Assembly (NCBI GenBank): GCA_029560465.1
Contig: JAKQKX010000016.1
Coordinates: forward strand, 206,221 to 270,220
Length of the DNA stretch: 64,000 nt
DNA from: Candidatus Omnitrophota bacterium
Lineage (GTDB): Bacteria; Omnitrophota; Gorgyraeia; Zapsychrales; JANLHA01
Direction: 5' to 3'
Shown: one piece after another, positions 7,509 through 14,579 of the stretch
How positions within the stretch are numbered: the first letter of the stretch is position 1
Layout: each line of letters begins with the position of its first letter
Translations under genes and position numbers: made by a program
The notes under the pieces: model-generated
What the model saw: only the letters and a program-made list of their open reading frames with translations
The model's database searches: none
What the model was told of the DNA's origin: nothing

Positions 7509-10473
7509 CGCGCGGGAATCCGTTTTGCCCGGAATCTTAAAAAGGACCACGATGCTTTTCTGGGTTTTTATCCTGCCCCAAAGCGTGCTGTTAGCGCTCA
7601 ATTGTTTTTCCTTCTGGATTATCCGGGAGGAAATCCTCCCGCAAAATCTTATGGCGTCCTCGGTGTTGTTCGGCAGCGAAGTGTTCCTGATCGTGTTCCT
7701 TGGGGCTTTGTTTTATTCCTGGAAACGGGGCGGGCGCCGCGAGATCCCATGGACATGGAATTGGTTTTTTCTTTTGTTCCACATCGCCTATTTGTGGTTT
7801 GCGACGTCCGAGATCCCGCATATTATTCCCGGTGCTGTGGAATCCTGGGTTCTTGACCTGGGGCAGGTGATCCTGCAGCAATACACGTTTATGATGCCGG
7901 GATTATTTTATGCGGCGATGCGGCTGGCGTGTTTTGAAACCCGGTTGGACCGGGGGGTTGATATTGGGCGCAGCTTGCTGGTGGCGGTGGCGGCGCCCGC
8001 ATTATGGTATACGGCCATGCTGGGGTTGTCAACGTGCGTCCGGTGGACGTGGGGCTGGTTTCCGCCGGTTGTGGGGATTATTTTTTTCGTCGGGACCACC
8101 CTGGTCACGCTTGTTGCGCTGATCCGGCTGAGCGTGTTCTTTTACGGTTGGTATCAGAAGCGGGACCCTTGGATTCACAACACGGTTATCGCGCTGGTCG
8201 CAGTCGCCGGCCCGTTGGCGGGTTTGCTTTTGAACGCGCATATCCCTTTTCCGGCTGATTTTCAGGCCCCAGGGATATACATTTTAGCGATCTTAAACGG
8301 GCTTGTCTTGCTTGCCCCCTCGCTTTGGGGTGTCCGCGGCAAGGGCTGGCTTCTGTTTTTGCGCGCCTTGGCATATCCTTTTACCGTTTATTTCTTCCTG
8401 GTTTTTCTCCCCTTTCTGCCTTTATCGCTTTTAGCGATTTGCGCTCTGGGCCTGGGTTTTCTTTTCCTGATTCCGTTAACCTTGTTTTTGATTCATACGA
8501 AGATTCTTGTTGAAGACGCCCGGATGTGGTCGGCCCGGCGGGGACGGGCATCGGCTGCGGTTTTGCTTTGCTCCGCCTGTCTGGTTTTGCCGGGTTATTT
8601 GATCCTGGAAGCGGCGTGGGATAAGTCCGCCATTCAGCAGGCGCTGGATTACGTGTATTCTGCCGATTATGAACAACCGCAGCATTTTCAGGGTTCCCTT
8701 TATACGGTCAAGAAAGTTTTAGTCAAGATGAAGCGGGTTAAAGCCGGGGCCCGGATGCCGTATCTTTCCGCTTTTTATAATAAAGTCGTTTTTAACGGCA
8801 TGGTTTTGCCTGATGACAAAATCGAATATATGTACCGGCTTTTTACAGGGGAAGCTGTGCCGGATGTGCAGGCTCCGGCGGCTTTTTTCGGCGGGAGAGG
8901 TCGTTTGCGGTCTTCCCGGGGCGGGGGACAAGGCCGCCGGATACAGCGTAACCGCGAGGTTATATTGTCTTCGTTCAAGAGGTTCAGTGAGGATAAGGAG
9001 TTTACCACCGTCACAAGATTACAGTTGTATATGCAGAACACCGGCGGGGATGATGCGGCGGAATTTTTTCAGGAATGCGAGATCCCCGCTGGTGTTCTGA
9101 TTTCGGATTTCCGCCTGCTTGTGAACAAAGAAGTCGTGCGGGGGCAACTGTTTGAAAAAGAAACCGCCACGTGGGTTTATCATATGATTCGGGACTGGAC
9201 GCGCCGTGATCCGGGGCTCCTTGTTTATGTTTCGCCCACCCGGGTGGAGATGAGTGTCTTCCCGTTTCAGAAAAACGAAATGCGTTACGCCGAATTGGAA
9301 TTGACGTATCCCCGGGGGATGGCCCCGGTCATCAAGATCGGCCAATATCCGATATTTTTGAAAGATAGCCCCGTGCACAATGGGGCGATGCCGATGGCCT
9401 TGACGGGCGGCGATCCCGGCGGGGAGGATTATGCTTTTGTCCTGACGCATCCCGCGTATTCTTCCCTGTTCTTCAGGCGGAAGCCTTACCTGCATTTTAT
9501 CCTTGATTTTTCCGCCGGGTCGGAATTGTCTGCGGATGCCGCCCTGCCGAGGATTCTTGAGGCGGCTTCTGTGTTCCCTGAGGCGGACCTGGTCCATGTC
9601 AGCGCGGTGAATTTTGAAGTTGAGCTCTTGAGTCGGGATTATATTGCTGTCCGCGATAAGGCGCTGATCCGGGCGGCGATAGACGCGGCCCGTCTTCCCC
9701 GCCGGGGGAGCGTGGACCTGTCCCGGGCGATGAAACGGATTTTGTCGCTTTATCAGGCCAAGCGGGCAGCCGGGGTTCCCGAGACATGGCAGCGGTATCC
9801 GGTTTTTGTTGTTATCTCGGATAGGGCAGACCATCTCCTAGGGCCGGACGATATGGCGTTTTATCAGGACCTGGTTCCGGAACAGACCCGGTACTATATT
9901 TCGACCCTGGACCAGGGTTTAAAAGATTACCCCCTTTTCCTTCCCAGCGCGGTTGCCACGGAACAGGTCGTGGTGATTAAACACGGCCCGCACATTTCTT
10001 GGGTCCCGGTTTCCGCGGACCCGCAATGGCGGTTGGCCGCAAGCCTTGGACAAAATCTGAAGGCTGTTTATGAAGTGTATTTCCCCGGGGAAGACATGTT
10101 TGCTCCTTTACAGTCCATGCCCCTCCCTTCCCAGTCGGATTACGCGCAGGATATGGGGCTTTTTATCCGTAACGCCCGTATGATGAAGAACCCCGCCAGG
10201 TTGGCGTCGGGGCTGACGGCGCTGGTGCGGGACAGTAAGTCCAGGCGGGTCATGATCCCATCGACGTCCTATATTGTCGTTGAGCGCAGCTCTCAGTGGA
10301 AAACCTTGACTAAGAAAGAGGGGCAGAAAATGGCCAGCGCGCCGGGGTTGGAATTTGAAGAGGATTTTGATACTCCGGCGCCTTCGATGTGGCTGGTTGG
10401 AGGACTGTTTCTCCTGTGGTTGTGCCGGCGGCAGCGAAGACCGGGCCGTTTCCTGGCCCCGTCTGTCCGTTAG
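7498..10473 (+). CDS. Large polytopic membrane protein with VIT-like and vWA-like domains and a C-terminal sorting-signal-like tail
   Basis: Overlaps the upstream gene by 11 nt. The N-terminal ~330 aa has more than 10 TM. The central part is VIT-like (ECEIPAGVLISDFRLLVNKEVVRGQLFEKETATWVY), then vWA-like with a near-MIDAS motif LDFSAGSE. The C-terminus is PAPSMWLVGGLFLLWLCRRQRRPGR, i.e. motif, TM helix, then an Arg cluster. Confidence 0.55.
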   Translation: MENDARESVLPGILKRTTMLFWVFILPQSVLLALNCFSFWIIREEILPQNLMASSVLFGSEVFLIVFLGALFYSWKRGGRREIPWTWNWFFLLFHIAYLWFATSEIPHIIPGAVESWVLDLGQVILQQYTFMMPGLFYAAMRLACFETRLDRGVDIGRSLLVAVAAPALWYTAMLGLSTCVRWTWGWFPPVVGIIFFVGTTLVTLVALIRLSVFFYGWYQKRDPWIHNTVIALVAVAGPLAGLLLNAHIPFPADFQAPGIYILAILNGLVLLAPSLWGVRGKGWLLFLRALAYPFTVYFFLVFLPFLPLSLLAICALGLGFLFLIPLTLFLIHTKILVEDARMWSARRGRASAAVLLCSACLVLPGYLILEAAWDKSAIQQALDYVYSADYEQPQHFQGSLYTVKKVLVKMKRVKAGARMPYLSAFYNKVVFNGMVLPDDKIEYMYRLFTGEAVPDVQAPAAFFGGRGRLRSSRGGGQGRRIQRNREVILSSFKRFSEDKEFTTVTRLQLYMQNTGGDDAAEFFQECEIPAGVLISDFRLLVNKEVVRGQLFEKETATWVYHMIRDWTRRDPGLLVYVSPTRVEMSVFPFQKNEMRYAELELTYPRGMAPVIKIGQYPIFLKDSPVHNGAMPMALTGGDPGGEDYAFVLTHPAYSSLFFRRKPYLHFILDFSAGSELSADAALPRILEAASVFPEADLVHVSAVNFEVELLSRDYIAVRDKALIRAAIDAARLPRRGSVDLSRAMKRILSLYQAKRAAGVPETWQRYPVFVVISDRADHLLGPDDMAFYQDLVPEQTRYYISTLDQGLKDYPLFLPSAVATEQVVVIKHGPHISWVPVSADPQWRLAASLGQNLKAVYEVYFPGEDMFAPLQSMPLPSQSDYAQDMGLFIRNARMMKNPARLASGLTALVRDSKSRRVMIPSTSYIVVERSSQWKTLTKKEGQKMASAPGLEFEEDFDTPAPSMWLVGGLFLLWLCRRQRRPGRFLAPSVR

Positions 10474-10542
10474 GCCCGCCGGCTGTATGATCAGCTTTGT
10501 TTTTAATGGCAAAGTTGTTTAGTTTCTGTTAAGATAATCGCC

Positions 10543-11319
10543 ATGAAGCGATTCTCTCCGTATTGGTTTCGTTGCATTTTGCCTTTAGGGATCTTTTGGA
10601 TGGTGGTATGCGGCTTTTCTTCCGTCACCTTGGAGGACATTGAGACCGCGGTGATTGAGAGGGAGTACGCGAAGGCAAAATCTTTGGCCCAGAAATTCCT
10701 GGATGCGGGGCCCGGACTCGCCCAGAAAAACGAGGCCATGTATTTTTTAGGGTTAAGCGAGCTTTTTCTGGGGGAACCCGAGAGCGCCCGGGAAATATTT
10801 GTGAGGGTCTTGAATAATAATCCCAATCCCCATTTGAAAGGCCGGGTCCTGATTGGCGAAATCGATGCGTATTCTTTTCAGGATAAATATGAAGTGGCGC
10901 TGCATAAAGCTGAGGCGTTGTTGCGCGATAAACCCGACAGAGGGATGGAAGGGCTCATTTATTTGAAAATCGCCCGGGCGAATTTGAGGTTGGGCCGCTG
11001 GGAGGATTCCCGCCGGGCCCTGAATAAGATCATTGCCCTGGGTCCTGACAGCCTGGAAGCCGTTACCGCCCGGCAGCTTTTGGAGGAAAAACAATTTTTT
11101 TCCGTGCAGTGCGGATCTTTCCTGCAGAGGTCCCATGCCGAGAATCTGGTTGCGGAACTTAAAGATCGGGGAGAATACGCGTATATCGTTGAAACGGTTG
11201 ACAAAAACGGGACCGGCTTTTACCGTGTGCGGGTCGGGCGCTTGACAACGCTTCTTGAAGCAAAAAATTTAAAAACGAAACTGGCCAATTGGGGTTATCC
11301 TACCTTAATCTATCCCTAG
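10543..11319 (+). CDS. TPR-repeat protein with C-terminal SPOR (septal peptidoglycan-binding) domain
   Basis: Signal/TM at the N-terminus and TPR-like helices. The C-terminal FSVQCGSF...GFYRVRVGRLTT...A..L matches the SPOR consensus. Confidence 0.6.
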   Translation: MKRFSPYWFRCILPLGIFWMVVCGFSSVTLEDIETAVIEREYAKAKSLAQKFLDAGPGLAQKNEAMYFLGLSELFLGEPESAREIFVRVLNNNPNPHLKGRVLIGEIDAYSFQDKYEVALHKAEALLRDKPDRGMEGLIYLKIARANLRLGRWEDSRRALNKIIALGPDSLEAVTARQLLEEKQFFSVQCGSFLQRSHAENLVAELKDRGEYAYIVETVDKNGTGFYRVRVGRLTTLLEAKNLKTKLANWGYPTLIYP

Positions 11320-11320
11320 C

Positions 11321-12262
11321 ATGCCGCATAAGCGCATTATTTTTATCGTCGGCCCGACCGCGGTCGGAAAAACAGAGGTGGCCTGTTTGCTGGCACAACA
11401 GCTGGACGCGGAAATTGTGTCTTGTGACGCCATGCAGGTTTACCGGGATGTGGATATCGCCACGAACAAGCCTTCCTGGGATATCTTAAATCGGGTGCGT
11501 CATCATCTCATTGATATCCGGGACGTTGAGGAAGAGTTTGACGTCGCTGCTTTTGAAGACCTGGCGTTGCGGTCGATCCGGGAGATTCAGGCCCGGCAGA
11601 AAACGGCCCTTGTCACTGGCGGCAGCGGAATGTACATGCAGATTCTTTTAGACGGTATTTTTGAGGGGGCGCCTAAGCAACAACACGTGCGGGATGAATT
11701 GTGGCAGCGGGTCGAAGCCGAAGGGGCCGGCGCGCTTGTGAAAGAACTTGAGGCCCGGGATCCGGCTGCGGCGCAGAAAATTCATCCGCATGATGTCCGA
11801 AGGCTTGTCCGTGCGTTGGAGATTTGCCGCTCCACGGAGAAGCCGTTTTCACAACTTAAAAAAGAACGGCAGGGGCTCTGGGGGCGCTATGATATGACGC
11901 TGGTCGCGCTCAACCGCCAGAGGGAAGAATTATATGCCCGTATCGATGCCCGGGTGGAGAAGATGTTTGAGGACGGCCTTGTGGAGGAAATCCGCCGCCT
12001 TCTGCGCCGCCCTTTAAGTATAACGGCTGGGCGGATTATTGGTGTCAGCGAAGTGGCGGGTTGCTTAAACCAAGATTATGACGAAAATCATGCCCGGTAT
12101 TTAATGAAATTGCACACCCGGCATTACGCGAAACGGCAGCTCACATGGTTTCGCAAGGAGGCGCGGCTTCGCTGGGTCGATATCCAGAAGGAGATGACGG
12201 CGGATGATGTGGCTGAGCATATCAGGGCGAACGTTTTCCAGCCCGGCGGGCAGGAGCGTTAG
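11321..12262 (+). CDS. miaA: tRNA dimethylallyltransferase
   Basis: IFIVGPTAVGKTE P-loop, DAMQVYRDVDIATNKP, ...LIDI... conserved MiaA blocks. Confidence 0.85.
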   Translation: MPHKRIIFIVGPTAVGKTEVACLLAQQLDAEIVSCDAMQVYRDVDIATNKPSWDILNRVRHHLIDIRDVEEEFDVAAFEDLALRSIREIQARQKTALVTGGSGMYMQILLDGIFEGAPKQQHVRDELWQRVEAEGAGALVKELEARDPAAAQKIHPHDVRRLVRALEICRSTEKPFSQLKKERQGLWGRYDMTLVALNRQREELYARIDARVEKMFEDGLVEEIRRLLRRPLSITAGRIIGVSEVAGCLNQDYDENHARYLMKLHTRHYAKRQLTWFRKEARLRWVDIQKEMTADDVAEHIRANVFQPGGQER

Positions 12263-12293
12263 GATTGAACCTTTAAGATAGGACTATTAAAAT

Positions 12294-13565
12294 ATGGTGG
12301 GCGAAAAAGAAAAAGTTTTTTTGGTGGTTATAGATTATGAGTTGACTCGCGGTTGGCAGATTGACGAGGTCGCGCGGGAAATGGAAGAGCTGGTCCTGGC
12401 CTGTTACGGGGATGTGGTGGAAACCTTGATCTGCAGGCTGGAGAAGCCGACGGCGGCTTATTTCCTTGGAAAGGGGAAAGTCCAGGAGTTGGCCGCGCTT
12501 TGCGCCCAGCTTGAGGTGGATACCATGGTGTTCAGCCATGACTTGAAAGGGAGTCAGCAGCGTAACCTGGAGGAAATTCTTAAAGTCAAAACGATCGACC
12601 GCACCCAGTTGATCCTGGATATTTTCGTGCGTCACGCCACAAGCCAGGAAGGGAAGATGCAGGTTGAGCTGGCGCAGCTGGAATATCTTCTCCCGCGTCT
12701 CGTCGGGAAAGGGATCGCGCTTTCCCGGCTGGGCGGCGGCATCGGGACCCTGGGGCCGGGGGAAACCAAGCTGGAAGTGGACCGCCGTCGTATCGGGGAG
12801 CGGATTGCCAAACTGAAGAAAAATTTGAAAGAACTGTCATTCAGCCGCGCGACCAAAAGGAAGAAGCGTCATGATTTGTCTTTGCCGCTCATATCGCTTG
12901 TGGGCTATACCAACGCCGGGAAATCGACGCTGTTGAACCGCTTGACCGGCGCTGAGCAGTTGGTCCGAGACGGGCTGTTCACGACGTTGGATTCGTTGTC
13001 CCGGCAATGTGTCTTGCCCAACCGTCAGAAAGTGATCTTGTCTGATACAGTGGGGTTTATGCATAATTTGCCGCACAATTTGATTGAAGCTTTCAAAGCC
13101 ACTCTTGAAGAAGTGGTCTTTGCCGATATGCTCCTTTTGGTCCTGGATGTCAGCGATGTCCATTTCCGGAACCGGCACAACGCTGTTTTAGAGGTGTTAA
13201 AAGAGCTGGGGGCGGACCAGAAGTTGATTATAACTGTTTTAAACAAGATCGACCTCATTGATGACCGGGCTTGGTTGAGCGAGCTGAAAAGCATTTGCCA
13301 GCATCCTGTCGCGATTTCGGCCGGGACCGGAGAACAGGTGGAGGAATTGTTGAGGACAATTCAGCGGTTGCTCGGAGAGTTTGTCACGGAGGTGGACGTG
13401 ACCCTGCCGATATCCCGGATGGACCTTGTTCATCGCGCTTATTCTGAAGGCCAGGTTTCTGCGGTGAAATATTATAATGAGGCCATTTATCTGCGCGCAT
13501 CGGTTCCTTCTAAAACAGCTTCCTTTTATTATAACGGTCAAATTTCCAAGCCAGAAGAATCGTAA
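12294..13565 (+). CDS. hflX: GTPase HflX
   Basis: HflX N-domain, then G-domain with G1 GYTNAGKST, G3 DTVGF and G4 NKID. Confidence 0.85.
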   Translation: MVGEKEKVFLVVIDYELTRGWQIDEVAREMEELVLACYGDVVETLICRLEKPTAAYFLGKGKVQELAALCAQLEVDTMVFSHDLKGSQQRNLEEILKVKTIDRTQLILDIFVRHATSQEGKMQVELAQLEYLLPRLVGKGIALSRLGGGIGTLGPGETKLEVDRRRIGERIAKLKKNLKELSFSRATKRKKRHDLSLPLISLVGYTNAGKSTLLNRLTGAEQLVRDGLFTTLDSLSRQCVLPNRQKVILSDTVGFMHNLPHNLIEAFKATLEEVVFADMLLLVLDVSDVHFRNRHNAVLEVLKELGADQKLIITVLNKIDLIDDRAWLSELKSICQHPVAISAGTGEQVEELLRTIQRLLGEFVTEVDVTLPISRMDLVHRAYSEGQVSAVKYYNEAIYLRASVPSKTASFYYNGQISKPEES

Positions 13566-13626
13566 TGTTTTGTGAGTCAATGATTTCCGAATGGTTAGAT
13601 AATCTAACTAGAATAATTAGAAATAC

Positions 13627-13655
13627 TTGACAACACGGTTAGATTGTGTTATATT
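13627..13655 (+). promoter_or_regulatory. Sigma70-type promoter with embedded palindromic operator upstream of hspR
   Basis: TTGACA (13627-13632), 17-nt spacer ACACGGTTAGATTGTGT, then TATATT (13650-13655). The spacer is itself an ACAC...GTGT palindrome containing GGTTAGATT. A 7-1-7 perfect palindrome GTTAGAT-A-ATCTAAC sits at 13594-13608. Confidence 0.5.
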
Positions 13656-13683
13656 TTCCGTGAGATTAGGGAGAGATATAAAA

Positions 13684-13959
13684 ATGGATGAACCATATCC
13701 AGACAATTTTGATATTGAAATTAATCCAACCGAACCTTTATTCGTCATTAGCGTTGTCAGTGAAATGGTTCACATTCCCATCTGGACATTGAGGAAACTG
13801 GATGAAAAAGGAATTGTTTGCCCGGAGAGAATCGGTAAGAAAACCCGCTGTTATTCCAAGGAGCAGATCAAGAAATTGAATTATATCCGTTATTTGTTAT
13901 TTATCAAAAAAGTTAATATCAGTGGCATACGGATTATTTTAAATTTGGAAGAAGAGTAA
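13684..13959 (+). CDS. hspR: MerR-family heat-shock repressor HspR-like
   Basis: ISVVSEMVHIPIWTLRKLDEKGIVCPERIGKKTRCYSKEQIKKLNYIRYL matches the HspR HTH block. The start is taken at ATG 13684 (RBS GGGAGAG), because the tracked start at 13627 lies inside the promoter. Confidence 0.7.
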   Translation: MDEPYPDNFDIEINPTEPLFVISVVSEMVHIPIWTLRKLDEKGIVCPERIGKKTRCYSKEQIKKLNYIRYLLFIKKVNISGIRIILNLEEE

Positions 13960-14030
13960 TTTTTTTTATTCTAAAGATAGCAGTCTTAGGCAGAGTCTGC
14001 TAAAACGGAAAACAACAAAAGGAGGGTTTT

Positions 14031-14474
14031 ATGTCACTCATAAAATGGAAAAGAGCAGAATCAGATATGTGGAATGATGTTTTTGATTTGCAGCATCCGT
14101 TTCTGGGGTTGTCTCTTCTCCCTTTAATAGGGGAAGGCGGCGGCCCCCGGGTATTTTTCCCGGCCTTTGATGTTACGGATAACAAGGAACAATTCGTTGT
14201 TAAAGCGGATGTCCCGGGCTTGAAGAAAGAGGATATCCAGATTCATCTGGACCGGAATATTTTGACGGTCCGGGGAGAACGAAGACAGGAACCGGATAAA
14301 GAGGATGGGGGCTACCGGAGGATCGAGCGTTCTTCCGGGGCCTTTGAGCGTAGCGTTGTTTTTGATTCCAAGATCGATGCCGCGGGAGCGACAGCGAAGT
14401 ATCAGGATGGGGTGCTTGAGATCGTCCTCCCGAGAACGAAAGGATCAGAAGCGCAGCGCATTGAAATTAAGTAA
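14031..14474 (+). CDS. Hsp20/alpha-crystallin small heat-shock protein
   Basis: ACD block FVVKADVPGLKKEDIQIHLDRNILTVRGER...GAFERSV...DGVLEIVLPR. It has a GGAGGG RBS. Confidence 0.85.
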   Translation: MSLIKWKRAESDMWNDVFDLQHPFLGLSLLPLIGEGGGPRVFFPAFDVTDNKEQFVVKADVPGLKKEDIQIHLDRNILTVRGERRQEPDKEDGGYRRIERSSGAFERSVVFDSKIDAAGATAKYQDGVLEIVLPRTKGSEAQRIEIK

Positions 14475-14500
14475 TAATGGCGTATGGGACACTGGGGGCA

Positions 14501-14523
14501 GGGGAATGGCTGGGCCATTCCCC
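14501..14523 (+). other. GC-rich stem-loop in hsp20-clpB intergenic region
   Basis: GGGGAATGG-ctggg-CCATTCCCC is a perfect 9-bp stem. No downstream U-run follows. Confidence 0.4.
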
Positions 14524-14579
14524 TGTAGCTCAATCGCATATTTAATAAAATAGAATTTCTTTAAAGAAAAGAGGCGGCC

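Noticed and set aside
9019-9834. 271-aa minus-strand ORF
   Set aside because: It lies entirely inside the VIT/vWA region of the 991-aa plus-strand gene. It has Arg/Pro-rich low-complexity composition typical of antisense translation of GC-rich coding sequence.
13566-13626. Search for canonical HspR HAIR (CTTGAGT-N7-ACTCAAG) upstream of hspR
   Set aside because: Only TGTGAGTCA with no matching inverted partner. The operator appears instead to be the GTTAGAT-type palindrome reported above.
13960-14030. TAGCAG-N13-CTGCTA imperfect inverted repeat between hspR and hsp20
   Set aside because: Only a 6-bp stem with a long imperfect interior and no U-tract. It is too weak to call a terminator or operator.
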